NCBI GenBank assembly: GCA_964252035.1
Contig: OZ176203.1
Origin: Podarcis erhardii
Taxonomy: Eukaryota
Strand: one strand, 5' to 3'
Length of the DNA stretch: 64,000 nucleotides
Shown: one piece after another, positions 1 to 13,469 of the stretch
Numbering within the stretch: the stretch's first letter is position 1
How the letters are laid out: every line of letters begins with the position of its first letter
The notes under the pieces: generated by a model
The model's database searches: none
What the model was told of the DNA's origin: nothing
Seen by the model: the letters and a program-made list of their open reading frames with translations, nothing else
Translations under genes and position numbers: made by a program

Positions 1-531
1 ATTGCTACATAGAAAGCTGCCTTATGTCAGCTAGTCCAGCTAGCTCAGAATTGTTTACTCTGACTGGCAGCAGACCTACAGGGTTTTTTCTCATTCCTGC
101 CTGGAAATTCAAACTGGGACCCTCTGCACATAAGGCAAATTCACATCAGTGTTTGCAAATGTGGAACAGGCAGGACAAATTTCATGTTATATTTAGCTAA
201 GAGGGGGGAAATACAGTTGAAAGGGAACACCTGCAGTCTTTAAATATTTTTAAATATATATTTTAATCACCTTGAACTAATGAGACAGAGTAGACTGTAC
301 TAGCTAGGTGAATGAATGGTCTTATTCTAAATATGAAGCACTTCTTCTGTCTGGAAAATACTTCTGAATGGATCGTTTTCCTGGAAATCATTCCACACCA
401 TGATGTCTACAAAACGCACTCAAAGACAAGGCAGTACCACCCAAATTCAAAAACAGTTATTAGTTAATATACGTAAAACCTATCATCTATACAGTATGGT
501 TTTGCTATGTAAAAAATATTATAGATGTCAC

Positions 532-682
532 CAGTGCTTTCTTTTTCTGGGGGTATGCAGGGGTACGCATACCCCTAAACATTTTGTGAATCTAAGTTTG
601 GCCTCATTGAGGGGCAGTATTTCAATATGAGTAGGAAAATGAGAGTACCCCCCTAAACATTTTTTTAAGGGGGGGAGCACTG
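532..682. mobile_element. hAT-type MITE (151 bp)
   Basis: Ends CAGTGCT...AGCACTG; perfect 8-bp TSD GATGTCAC at 524-531 and 683-690. Confidence 0.85.
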
Positions 683-1800
683 GATGTCACTCAGCACAAT
701 GAGTGCAACTGCTTCTTAATGTGGGTTATGCCCTAATTGCCACCAAGAAAATAGTAAACTAATTCTAAGTAGTATATACCATTTTTATTGATGCGAACTG
801 TAACCAGTATACAAATGCTAATTTTATGGAAATTCTGAGTTCCGCAGCTAAATAATGCTTTGTGAATGATGAAAGAGGCTCTTGAGAGAGTTCAAGGGTT
901 TCTCCACTAGTGCCGAAAAGTGTATACATCAGATAGTGGAAACAGTACGGTACATATTTTCTGGCAAATGACACATGGTTTATTTCCAATAGGAATCAGT
1001 AGAGTTTTGGGGATTTTTATAATGATTTATGACCTCCTGTCTTTTAGCATTGTGCTATCTGTAGGTGAAGACACACAAAACATGTTAGGTATACAGATTT
1101 GGTGTGAACTCTCATTCACTGCCTTGAAACAAATGCCCTGAAATGTAGTGAATATGTGCTCCTTCAAAACACTTCCATCAAACTGAAAACGTTGCTTCTC
1201 TCTTTCCCTAAGTTATTAATGAGCATGGAAACAAGTAGCATTGAATCTGCATCATGAAAATAGGCTATTATTGTTCTGTTTTGTATAACCACCTGAGGTT
1301 AACTGTTTCTCTCTGCCATTTTTGTAGCCAGGGAGCCCAGAAAGGTAGTATTTTTCCCCCAATTTTTCATATATATTTCATATTATGCTAATGGAAAGTG
1401 CTTGGCCTGCCCATAATTTTTTTTAGAAACCAAACAAAATTGTGATTTTTAAATGAGTAGTGCAATTTGCTAGCTTGGTCCCATCAAAATATTTGGGGGA
1501 AGTTAATTCAAAGGCAGGTTTCGGTCTGCCATCTTTATTTAAATTGGTGTCTGGCATCCCAACAGTGATGAAGACCACTGCTTTCACCTTGGGAACCCTC
1601 ATGCTGAGTTTGGCAACAATCTCTGAAGAGGCCACCAAACCTATCCCCCAAACAGGCCAAGTCACCTATCCCCCCGTTAGGCCAAGTCACATTTCTGCCA
1701 TCATTTGGTTCACAACGGGTGTGGCATGAGAGGATAGCAAGTGTGGTGGTAAGATTCAAGGACAATCCCCCAAAAATAAAAATAAAAACATTTCATTGTA

Positions 1801-1864
1801 GTATAGTATAGTATAGTATAGTATAGTATAGTATAGTATAGTATAGTATAGTATAGTATAGTAT
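1801..1864. repeat. (GTATA)n pentanucleotide microsatellite
   Basis: About 13 perfect units read directly. Confidence 0.97.
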
Positions 1865-4800
1865 CATAACAGGGTTTTTTAATTAAAAAAAATAGAATAT
1901 GTAGCTGAATTGTTTCATACTTTCTGGATGTCCCATGATCATATTATAAAGTAGTAGTGTTCTATGTTACAAAACAAGCATTTCTTTTCCAACGTATTTC
2001 TTATCAATAAAAAATTCAGTGTGATGCAAGCAAATTTTAATTCCCAGAGGGGAAAAGTTTGGTCTAAGCCTCCTCACAGGGTCACTATCTATCTATTTAT
2101 TTATTAAAAGGTATACACAACTTTATTGTAAAAAACCTCAAAGTAGTTTACAAAAAGATAAAACAATAAAAGTGAGAAAACATACAAAAGTTAAAATACT
2201 AACACAGATTAACAACTTTCTTGACATCTGGGTAGGCTTGTCTGAACAAGAAGGGCTTTAGCAAGCACTCAATAGGCAGGGAGTCCCAAAGTGCAGGTGC
2301 TGCCACAATAAACAATCAATTTCTTACAAATGCAGACTGTGGCACCTGTAGCAGTGCCAATTCCACCAATCAAAGCAGTTGAGTGAGAACATGTGGGGTA
2401 AGGCAAGTCGACTGGTCTCAAGTTGTTAAGGGAATTATGAGGATAAAAAGGGGAGAAGACCATGTATACTGTCTTGAGTACTTGAGGAACAGGAATAGAT
2501 AAAACCTATTATGTCAGCTTGGGCAAGTATATGGCTGTGAAACTGTTTTGCTCTTTTTATCTTCTTCTGTGTAGTCATATGTTTATTGTGTGTGTATTTC
2601 AACAAGCTTAACTTCTACCATTAACTTCTGGTGTGTAAGCGGGGATTCTTTTTTCTTTTTTAACAGCAGCCTTACATGCAGAATCATAAGCTGCCTTGAA
2701 ACTCCCCTGAGTTCAGGGGAGATCCTCATAATGCTTTAATGATTGGTACGATAAAATAGGCTAATAAATGCATCTAATAAGATACCCCCATAGATGTATT
2801 ATTTGCTTTTATTTTCCTCTCTGCATGTTCTAGGATTTTCTATTATGATCCCATGCTAGCGTGGGGTAACGCTGCTGGCAAAACAAAGTCAGTGCAAATT
2901 ACAGAGGAGCTGTGTTGCTGAAGGGTTGTGGCAGTATACTTCAGGGCACATGTCTCGAGTTCACCAAAACATGGGTATCATGCGTGCCGTACGTCATTAG
3001 ATGTGCTTTCCAGGAAATAAGAAGCATAATCATATGTTGGGGGAGAACGTTCTTGCGATACACTCTGCCTTAGCAAACTGTCATGCAATTTCTCCCGGCC
3101 GTGTATATTACACAGTAAAGAACGGGAACCCTGCCGCATATCAGAAGGTTGTAATTTCATTTAGGTATTCTATTGGCATGGTAAACTGCGAGAGCACAGC
3201 TCAAGTGGCTATTTAAATCATAGGAGTTTTAAGCTGAAAATACCGCCTAGCAGTAATTGCCCTTTTCTTCAGGGTTGCGTTGCCCATAGGCATGTGCTTA
3301 AAGTTTTCCACTGTCTTCCTACAAATAATAAATGGCTTTAGTAGGCAGAGTGGTGTGATTCTCCAAAATGCCACCCATACAAACAGGGTGAAGGAAGCGA
3401 TCATTAAAAAAGGTGGGACTTGGGGTGCTTTCAGATGGGGTCTTAATTGGCAAATAGTGCAACAAGTTAATGGTAACAGATTTGTTTGCTTTTTTGAAGA
3501 ACTTGCTGGATTTCCATTGCAAACAGGCTGCCATTTTATTCCCAATGACATCATATAGATGCTGCCAAAAGCTTGCATGCATGACGAGCATTGATCCTGC
3601 AATAAACACCTACCTGGAAATAGCCTAATAAAGCAAATCTTCATGCACAATCTGAAATCCTGACAAAAGAACTTTGCGTTCAGGAAAGGAAGTTGCTAAC
3701 ATCCAAGGCACCTTTTCTGTTTGTAAGTTACAGCTGTATAATCTATCCAGTGAGTAGATAGCTACCATTAACTGATCCACGTGTAAGGTTTCTGATCCTT
3801 CAATCCATCATTTGGAGGATTGGGAGCACACACTCCCCCTGCTCTCACACCACACACTTAGCTTAATAAGTAAGCTCCTGATTTGATTAGTATAACATCC
3901 AAACTGGAAAAAATGTGGTTTGCATGAAGACTACAGCCCATAACCATGGTGGAAGTGTGTGAACGCAGAGCTATTTTCTGATCCTCCAAAACATAGTTTT
4001 ATGGCAGCCTTCATATCCATCCATACATTTACCATCTTGTGGTACAAAATGATTTAGCTGCTAAGTCCTGCTGAGTTTTCCTGTGACTCAATGATTAATA
4101 TAAGCTGTGACCAGTGTATGGTCCAGTTTATGAGTATTGTGACCAGAGCTTAGATCTTTAAAATGAAATGTGCCTATTTTCCCAGTTCAGAAAGGCTGAA
4201 CTTGGAACTCTGTGGAGGTTGTTGCTTCGGCAGTGAAACAGCTCAGACTGGAAGCTCACCTACTTCCTGGCCTTCAGACAGGGGATTGCCTGTTATTCCC
4301 ACACCTCATGTGGCAATTGTGAAGCTCTTTTTGGTTTATCATCTATTTTTATGCTTCTGAAGGGGATTGGGGAGCAGAATCTGAGAGTGGGCCGAGAACC
4401 CAATCAACTGGTGTGGAGACCTCTGGTCCTGGGGTACAGATGTTTGTGACCAACAGCTTCTTGCGGTAGCTAGAAGTACACATATCTGCTGTTTTGTTCC
4501 ACCTGCTCCTCCTCAGAGGACAGGGCTAAAGCTTGATAAAGTGTTGCCCTCTGTGTATTAAGCACCTCCTCTAAGGTTCTGTATTGCTTTCAAAAGATAG
4601 TGTCTTGTGCTCCCTATTATGCTGCTGTTTCAGCCCTCTGTTGTTAGAGTTCCTTAGATTCAGCGCCATGCTATTTGATTGGTATCTTTCCAACAGTGAT
4701 ATGTGTTCTACTTGTACCATGTGGAAAAATGAATAAAATATCTAAATGTTAAAAGACAGTTTATAAACACCATATGCACACGCACACCGTGGAAAAGAAA

Positions 4801-4874
4801 ACTTTTCTCTGAAAATATCTTAATTAGATAATTCTTCTATTTGCATGTGTAAAAGACTGGAGAACTGCACCTTA

Positions 4875-4878
<4 letters not shown>

Positions 4879-4938
<60 letters not shown>
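4879..4938. repeat. compound (CT)16(GT)14 microsatellite
   Basis: Read directly. Confidence 0.97.
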
Positions 4939-4941
<3 letters not shown>

Positions 4942-5199
4942 TTAAAAAAATTAGGCTATAGAGCGAATAGAAAATAATTTTCAAGCATGTGTAGGATTGT
5001 AATGCATAAGATGGAGCTAACATGTCCTTTATTGCTCCAGAGGGGAGCAATGGGTAGAACTCTGTGGGGAACTAGATTTCTAGTGAACATTAGGAGAAAC
5101 TTCCTAAGGACAAGAACTGCTTGACAAAAGCTGGTTCAGAAGTAGGGATGCGGGAGAAAATAAATTAAGTTTGCATTTAAAAGCAAACCTACCTAACTT

Positions 5200-5311
5200 A
5201 GACTTCTGTTTCAGTGTATCTGAAGAAGTGTGCATGCACACGAAAGCTCATACCAAGAACTAACTTAGTTGGTCTTTAAGGTGCTACTGGAAGGAATTTC
5301 TTTATTTTGTT
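5200..5311 (+). mobile_element. Penelope-like element (PLE) terminal remnant
   Basis: CTGAAGAAGTGTGCATGCACACGAAAGCTCATACC...GTTGGTCTTTAAGGTGCTACTGG is near-identical to 32005-32096 and resembles reptile PLE ends as I recall them; flanked by the direct repeat CTACCTAACTT (5189-5199, 5312-5322). Confidence 0.75.
5216..5253 (+). ncRNA. minimal type I hammerhead ribozyme motif
   Basis: Stem I GTAT/ATAC; core CTGAAGA plus an extra A; stem II GTGTG-CATG-CACAC; GAAA; palindromic AGCT in place of helix III; predicted cleavage after TC at 5249. Confidence 0.7.
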
Positions 5312-8059
5312 CTACCTAACTTGCTCCTTCTGAAATAATGTGTGAAACGAAACAGTCATCTTTCCAAATTCATATTTCTTTGAATGTTGCAGTTCAGTTC
5401 TCCAGCCACATTATGGGTACAAAAATGCATATTAAATGCTTACATTCATGATAATATCACGAAGGTGCATTTTATTAGAGAGACTAGCTCTGCAAAATTC
5501 TGTATATTGAGCAAAACTGCATACAGATATGTGTAAGGAAAAATTCACACTAAAATGCTAATGAATTTTACGATTTTGAATTTATTTTTTATAGCAAACT
5601 GAGATGGAAACGTGGTGAACTGTACTTAAGATTGGAAAAATGAGAAACTGAAAGAAACAAAAATTGACAGATTTACCCATTGTTGTTCAGGAGCTCTCTT
5701 TTGCAGGAGCAGATGCTGGGATCTTCTGTCAGGGATGCTGCAGTGGCAACCTACATTGCAGATCCTGCAGCCAAGAAAGGGTTTGAATAGATGACCTGCA
5801 TGATGCCTTCCAGTTATAAAATTCTGTGATTTATTATTTATTCTGGATTCCAGTGAAATTGTAATTGGTGTGAAATGTTTTTAGTTGCAGAAGAAATCCA
5901 AAAGGCTTGCTTGTTTCAGTGCATTTGCTGTGTGGCTATATGAAGGCACTTAACTTTTTGTAGCCTTGATTTAATCTCTTTATAGGAACTGTAATGTTAA
6001 TGAGATATCACACTAGGAGAGGTGAGAGTGAATTTCAGATATGCAGTGTGTTTGTATGTAGACACGCAAAAGAAAAATTACTTTCCCTGTGGTGACATTT
6101 CCAGGCTGTGCCACCAAGAAATATAACTACTATCCAGATATCTACCCTGATCATTATATCCTGTTGTTATATAACATTATGAGCAAATGGAGTAGTTGAC
6201 GATAGTAGTACATTCAATTTTTAAGATATCCTGTGTGTCTTCAAGCTTGCTAAGCAAACTAAAGTACAGGAGCACTTTTCTTTTTTGTGTTGTCTCTGTG
6301 TTCATCCTCTTTCTGAGATGCTGTGTGCTCTAGGGCAGGGCTCAATTAAGTGAACAGTACTTGTCTGTCGGTTGGGAAACTAAAGCTGTAAACAAGGGTA
6401 TAATAATAAAAATTAGAGTAAGTGAGGGTCAGGGTAGGTTGTTGCAGAATCGGAACATTTTTATATTTTGGAGAAAATGATATATTTATCCTTGAGCAGT
6501 ATAGGGCAAGATGCTTTATAGTGGCATAAGGAGCTGTTGACTTGTGATCAAGCAAATCTGGCGTAAAGAAAATGTTAGCTTAAAAATGAGACATATCTCT
6601 TACACCCAGTGCTGAATATGATGGGTGGAATTCAACATTATACTGTTACATGCCCCCGCCACCCCACTCTTCACAGCACTCTGAGATTCCAGGAGCTCCA
6701 GTTGCTTACCCGGGATCTGTGTTTCCTTTTGGACAATGAGGCACAGTGGAGACTAGGGTGTCTTTATAATTTATGGATTATTTACACATATATACAACAT
6801 GAGCCTATGATGGAGCAGTTCAAAGCATTACACTCCAAGAGGGTCCCATCTCTCCCATTGCTGTAGACTCCGATTCAAACTGTCAGCCCACATCGTGCTC
6901 TGTTCCCCTCTCTCCAGCTTGATGTGTTTTAACAGACTGACTATTTTTCTCCAACTTATATCATCCTCAACTGAAATCCTGAAAAATTCCTTCCTAGAAA
7001 CTCTACCCAGAGCTCAGCGCGGGGCTCCACCCATATGCCGACTGGCAGAGAGCCCATCACCTGCCTTTGGTCTCCTTGATGGTTCTTCTCCCAGCTGATT
7101 TCCTGAGTACTGAAAAACCAATTTGGTCCTGTATTTTAGCACTTTGCCAAATCCTGCACCTGGCAGCCCATTTCAATACTCCAAGCATTGATTAACCTAA
7201 AACACCTACTAGACCCAGGAATTCAGGGTAGTCAAGGCACCTACAAACTCATAACAGTACCATGGATGAATGTCCCATCAATGTAAGCACTGTGGCTTAC
7301 CAGACAGAATGGTCATGCCCTCAACCCCTATGCACAGTTGTAGCTGTTCTCCTGACCTCCCCATAGCCAATTTCAGGGTGCATGGGGGGCAGGAGAGGAT
7401 GGGAAAGCCCCGTTGTGCAAGTGGAAGTCCTTGTGCAGGGATTCTGCTGACAGGGCTTGTTCGATGGATCCTGCCCAGCGAATTGACAGATGATAAATGG
7501 CATTTTAAGCTCTTGCTCATTCCTCTAATATCCCACACCCTTTTTCCTTTTCTACATCTCACATGTCACTTTCCAGCTCTATAAATGCTCAGCTTCCTAT
7601 TCATTTGCCCAGGTAGACCCTATTTACCATTGCAGCAAACTAATAATAATTAAAAAGCAAAGAAAATTTGAAACTCCAAGCCTATATAATAATTTTTCCC
7701 TAGACCTTAGCGACTACGTGCTGATGTGTCTTTAGCACAGGGGTAGCCAGCTTGGTGCCCTTCAGATATTATGGGCTGCAGTTCCCTTCAGCTCCAGCCA
7801 CCGTGGCTGCTGTCATATGCAGGCCATTGGTATTCCCACTTTACAGATGGGAATTGTAAGGCTTAGAAGCAATAATAATGCCAACGCCATTTGCCGAACT
7901 AGTGTTTAAACACTTCTTTCCCTTGAGAAATCACCCTTACCTTTCTCACTTTACTGCAATATTTAAGTTATGTGGCAGAAAACAATTGTACAAATTTATC
8001 TGAGAATGAGTGCCTTTTCATATAGACTCTTTATAGTCTAAAAAAGAGTGGAATATTAG

Positions 8060-8330
8060 TTTTGCTGGATCCATTTAGGACTGGCCCAATATCCTCTTTC
8101 TCACAGTGGCCAACCAGAAGCATCTGGAAAAGCCAGGAACAGGGCATGTAGGTAACAGCACTCAGCTTGCTTCTAGTATCCAGACTACCTAGAATTCATT
8201 ATCATGGTTGGTAACTCTTGGTGGAACTTCATAAACTTGTCTAAAACACTTTTAAAGCCACCTGAGCTAGTACCCCTCATCCACATTTTGCGATGGTGAC
8301 TTCCACCAATTATTTTGTATTGTAGTTTTA
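8060..8330 (-). mobile_element. old CR1 LINE 3' fragment
   Basis: CTCACAGTGGCCAACCAGAAGCATCTGG-type block is the reverse complement of the CR1-like 3' motif at 44415-44500; heavily decayed. Confidence 0.45.
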
Positions 8331-10494
8331 TGAAAACGAAATGAGGTACAGTTTAGTGGAGCGGGGGTTAAACTCCGAACAATGTCTGTAGGCTAGTATG
8401 TAGACATACAATGTACGCCTGCTATTTGTTATGTGTGGGTGACTCCCATTGACGACTGCAGGACTTAGTAAATGATTAGATAAAGAATTGCAGCCAAAAA
8501 CAGTAGGTCATACTGACATTAAAATCCATGATTTTGTAGTGAAGCATAGGGGTGGGGGAAGTGCTATTTTGCAAGCTGAATGTCATATTTTTCTTCTATT
8601 AACGAGACTTAAAAAAAAAAAATTAAAAAAGGAAAACACCCTGAAAACACATTAGTAATCCAGAGTGTTTAAAATGAAAACAAAGTGACTAACAAAATTA
8701 AATACTGCACATGTGTGCATTCTCTCTAATAAGCATCCCTGAGAATATAAACTGTTCTGATGTGTATGGTAGATATTCTATCCTTCTATCTATCTATATA
8801 TATGCAGTAATAAATAATACTAGACCCAGTCAAAATATTCCTAATCAAAATAGGCACAGACTTTCCTGGGATCTGCAGCTGAATTTTGCTGCCAAGTCTC
8901 AGTTTAATAGAAGAAGCATTTCTCGTGAAGGCAGTCTGTTCATGTCTCCTTTAAAACTACAGAAGAGATCCCATTTTCTCCCCCCCCCCCTCCACTCTAG
9001 CAGTGGGCAGCCCTTCAAACTTTTGATCAGCCCGACTTTGTACATTTCACGACTGAACTCAGCTATGCCAAACATCCTCTTAGGAAGTTGACATTTGTGC
9101 CGTTTCTCAAAAAAGGGGGAAGAATGAATCCCAACTGTTTCCTCTTGCCCTTTTGATTGAGAGAGCAGTAAGTCAGCAGGAGAGGTGCAGCTTTTAACAA
9201 GGAGGGGTGTGCAGAAGCTGATTCCAAACCTTCTACAGGCAGAGCAGAAAAGAAAGAGGAAGAGACTGATGTGAAGCAACACTAATCAGAGCTGATTATG
9301 GGGCATGAATGGGCTCATTGATGAGGGCAGACACAACAAAGAGATTAGGCTGGAGAAGGGAAAATCCTGCGCTGGGGTGAAGGAAGTTGGTTTTACGACC
9401 CTTTGAAATCTGACTTGTACTATTCTGTAGCTGTTTCTTTTTCTGTTGCTCTGTGCACAGATAATGGGAACTATCCTAAGCTGCAGTACTCCCTGATATT
9501 TGCTTAAAGAGAGCACTGTCTGTCCTCCCAGTCTTATGACACCACAAAATCTGTAGAAGCTTTTAGCAAACACGATGCTGGGGTTGGGCATCTTAGTGCT
9601 GTTGTATGGTGGCATTGTTAACTGGGAATAGAGGAAAGGACCCATGCTAGTTACACTAAGAGTAAAGGTAGCCATGTTGACCCATTTTTATTTTTATTTT
9701 AAATCTAACATCCATATTAGGGTGGTGCCTTTATTAGGCCAATCAAAAATGTCGTGAAATAGCGTGCAGCTCACAAGTTCCGCAAACCTTAGCAAATCTC
9801 ACAAACTATCTTTGCCAATAAGACAGCTTGACAATACGGGCTTTATTGAATTATATCTACAATACATTTTTCTCTTTAAAACTAACATCAGTAGGAGTCA
9901 CCAAATCATATGGTGCCCAAAGAACACTGAAGTGAATCTATGTGGATTTTATTTTTTTTCCATGGGGAAGCAGATCCTTCTTGCCTTGATGGCACTTATT
10001 ACAACATCACACTCCATGTAAACATTTACAGTATACAGACAGAGAAAACATCTATTCCATTTGTGCAACTATATAATTGCTGGGTATAAACTGTTCACAG
10101 CTGGCAGCGTGTCTAACCGAACTTGTATCCTCCCTTAGAATGTAGGTTACATTTAGCACCATTGTACAGCAGGGTCAGTTGAAATTGCTCTTCACAGCTG
10201 TTTAGTTTTCAGGATAGCTCTTTCATTTTATTTCGAGAAACGTTTTGAGTTTTCCCAGACCTCTGTTCAAGTCTTCCCGGGGTAGATGCATAATTCCTGG
10301 TACTATCAAGTGACTTGTTCCAGAAGAGTGTAATAGTGTAGAATTTGAGCAGTTGTTGAATATCTCTTCTTAAACTCTGCAAGATGTGTAACCCTGTTCA
10401 GTCAAAATGTAGGGTGGAGTCACGCCATGACATATTACAATTTTCCTTCATACAGAAAGCACTCCTGTTTATAATAGTGCATGTATTATCAAGT

Positions 10495-11545
10495 GTGTCT
10501 TGATTTCAGTAAGGCTTTTGACAGTGTCCCCCATGATAGTCTTATGAAGAAGCTCATAAATTGTGGGCTGGACAAAGTAATTATTTGGTGGATTTGTAGC
10601 TGGTTGACTGACTGAATGCAAAGAGTGCTCACTAATGGTTCCTCATCATCGTGGAAAAAAGTGACAAATGGGGTGCCACAGGTTCTGTCCTGGGCCTGTT
10701 GTTCGACTAAACGACTTGGATTAAGGAATTGAGGGGATGCTCGTCAAATTTATAGATAACAACAAACTGGGACTTGTAACTACAGTAATGCTACAGAAGA
10801 CAGAATCAGGATTCAATATGACCTTAATAGATTGGAGAACTGGGGCAGATCTAACAAAATGAAGTACTATAGAGACAAATGTAAGGTTCTACACTTAAGC
10901 AGGAATAACTAGGTACACAAAGATAAGATGGGGGACACCTTGCTTGCTAGTAGTATTTGTGAAAAAGATCCAGAGTTATTGGTAGACCACAAGCTTAAAT
11001 CCCCAATGTTATTAACCGTGCATAGGCTGCACCAACAGAAGTATATTGTCACGATCATCATCCTGCTCTATTCTGCCTTGATCAGACCACACCTGGAGTG
11101 CTGTGTTCAGTTCTGAACACCACAGTTAAAGAAGGGTATTGACAAGTTGGAAGGTGTACAGAGGAGGGTGACCAAGGTGATGAAATGTCTTGAAACCAAG
11201 TCTTATGGGGAGCAATTGAGGGAGCAGAGTATGTTTAGCATGGAAGAGACTGGGAGGAGGATGGAGCAAGCTTATTTTCTCCTGCTCTGGAGGGTAGGAC
11301 TCAAACCAATGGCTTCAAGTTACAAGAAAGGAGATTCTGACTAAACATACAGAAAAACTTTCTGACCGTAAGAATTGTTCGACAGGGGAATGGTCTCCTG
11401 CAGGAGGTTGTGGACTGTCCTCCTTTGGAGGTTTCAAAGCAGAGGTTGGATGGTCATCTGTCAGGGATGCTTTAGCTGAGATTCTTGCATAGCAGGGGCT
11501 TGGGCAAGATTACCTTTGGAGTCATTTTCAATGCTACAGTTCTAC
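10495..11545 (+). mobile_element. CR1 LINE, 5'-truncated (RT C-terminal half + 3' UTR), decayed
   Basis: Encodes LDFSKAFDSVPH, a GVPQ-SVLG remnant and LYSALIRPHLECCVQF; typical CR1 3' UTR; many stops and frameshifts. Confidence 0.9.
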
Positions 11546-11929
11546 AAATAAATGATTGTATGTGCTGGAAGCTGGCATTTTGTGTATTTGCAACAGTATA
11601 TATTGCCTCCCAAAGTGGCTCACTCACATCAAAAGAATGAAAGAGAAGAAAAGAGAATGTTGTTGCCCTTTGACTTAAAGTTTAGATATTCAAGGCATAC
11701 AACAAATGGGCAAAGGGGGAATGGAAAATGAGGAAATCAGTTTAACAGTACTAGTACAAACTGGTAAGTTGTAAAGTGACTAATAGATGGGGGCAAGATG
11801 AGGTTTCCCTTGCCGGTCCTTAGTTCAGAATGTGTTCCATTTTGCTCTGCAGAATGATCCCCCACACATACTGTTGACATCTGTCTGTCTCTAGAGACAA
11901 TGGAGTGCTCCTCCAGGGGAAGAGTCCAC

Positions 11930-12505
11930 TTTGTAAGCAGCACTGAAGTGACCTCCTTGGGGGCAAGCCTGGGCAGTGTGCATGAGGTCCTGGGCTGCCA
12001 AGATAATAAGACCCTCCTCTCAGCTTCGCTGATGTGGTCTAAAGGAAAGCAGAGCAATACGTTTGGCACCAGCTTGGCTGCAGGAGTTGCTGGTAGGAGA
12101 TATAGAAGGCACCCTCCAACTGTCTTAGAGACTCCACTCTGGATTTGTGTAGTGTTTACCCCTTGGCCTTTTCTCTCTCTCAAAGATATCCTGCAAAGCA
12201 GCGGAGGTTTAGCATCAGAGTTTTCCTTCTCCTAGATGGGCTACGTTCCCAGGTTGACAAGCAATTCCCTCTACAGCACGTACAGAAACCTCCTTGACCA
12301 TTGGACCCACTATTGGTCTTGTCCACTCAATCCCCCAGAGTTTATCTTTGTATGCAGAGGAAGCCCCTAATCCGCTGAGGGTTTGAGACCCATTGGCTGC
12401 CCTCATCTGGTTTAACTGGCCAATCAAAGCCATTCCCAAGGTGCAGCTGCTGTTGCATGTTGACAGCTTCTAGCAGCCACATGTGAGAGCTGAGTGCAGG
12501 GTGGG
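11930..12505 (-). mobile_element. RTE-clade LINE 5' region fragment
   Basis: Contains GAGTTTTCCTTCTCCTAGATGGGCTAC.TTCCCAGGTTGAC and GGAAAGCAGAGCAATACGTTTGGCACCAGCTTGGCTGCAGG, which I recognise as RTE 5' UTR sequence (from memory, not a database search). Confidence 0.5.
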
Positions 12506-13309
12506 GGATCAAAGGTGGACAAAGTACCCCTGAAGGAGCACAGCGTGTCCCCCACCAGAGGTACTTCTCCTCCCCTAACACACACACACCCCACACAAAC
12601 ATTCTCAGTCTGTATCGCCTTAATAAAAATATTGAGTTTGGGTCAAAGTTTTGCAAAATGATAAAGACCGCTTGAGTAAGGATTCAGGGGGGATTATTTT
12701 GAATTTTTCTTTCCTACTATCAAACACACATGCACATGCACGTGCACACCCACATACACCCACCCACAGAGTTTCATGAAAATTCATTAATCTGTGACAT
12801 TTAAAGATTCTGTCTGATAGGTGTCTGGAGCAGAGGTCGGCTGCGTACATCAATAGTTTCTTAGAGTCTGGCACTCTGTCAATATTTGGGGGCCTCAGTA
12901 ACAGCACTTAAAGGCAGTGCCTGCGAGCCGTCATGCTCTTAGCATGTCTGTAAGTGTCTGAATGAACAGATATTAGCACGTCAAGTCCTTTTATGACTGG
13001 CAACACTTAGAAACAAAACACTCAGATGATAGCTTCACCTCCCTGCCTTCAGTTTCCTTTCTGTCTTTTGGTCTGTTATTTATCTGATGGAGTTCAAGTA
13101 TTTCAACTAAATATCTACCCTACAAAGGGTCTGTTATCAAACAGGATAGTAGCAATGATGCTATGCACCGTTTATTTAACAACATAGCTCTGGTAAGCCT
13201 CTTGTTTCCACAGTACTGTACTACATTGTGTTTAAAGAGAGGTTCAAGCCAGTTGTATCATATAGGAGGCCCAGTAGCTGATGACAGTCTGGAGTGGGCA
13301 AGAGCATGT

Positions 13310-13469
13310 NNNNNNNNNNNNNNNNNNNNNNNNNNNNNNNNNNNNNNNNNNNNNNNNNNNNNNNNNNNNNNNNNNNNNNNNNNNNNNNNNNNNNNNNNNN
13401 NNNNNNNNNNNNNNNNNNNNNNNNNNNNNNNNNNNNNNNNNNNNNNNNNNNNNNNNNNNNNNNNNNNNN
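13310..13469. other. assembly gap (160 N)
   Basis: Run of N. Confidence 1.

Larger units (their letters stand above)
5143..5680. mobile_element. degenerate non-autonomous DNA-transposon-like repeat, interrupted by a Penelope-like insert
   Basis: Begins TAGGGATGCGGGAGAAA and ends TTGACAGATTTACCCAT; shares its start and the GCAGT.AGTTCTCCAGCCA block with the copy at 23779-24135. Confidence 0.5.

Noticed and set aside
1564-1627. C/D-box snoRNA-like pattern (GTGATGA...CTGA)
   Set aside because: No terminal stem and no convincing rRNA or snRNA complementarity; these short boxes arise by chance.
1641-1690. 25-bp tandem duplication and nearby 76-89 aa ORFs
   Set aside because: A simple local duplication (21/25 identity); the ORFs lack recognisable homology or good splice sites.
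8899-9675. 127-129 aa ORFs and splice-like sites on both strands
   Set aside because: The candidate exons are mutually inconsistent, contain stops and give no recognisable peptide.
11737-12235. 148-aa and 111-aa ORFs
   Set aside because: They lie in an RTE 5'-region remnant and have no protein motifs; I also could not fold an HDV-like ribozyme here.
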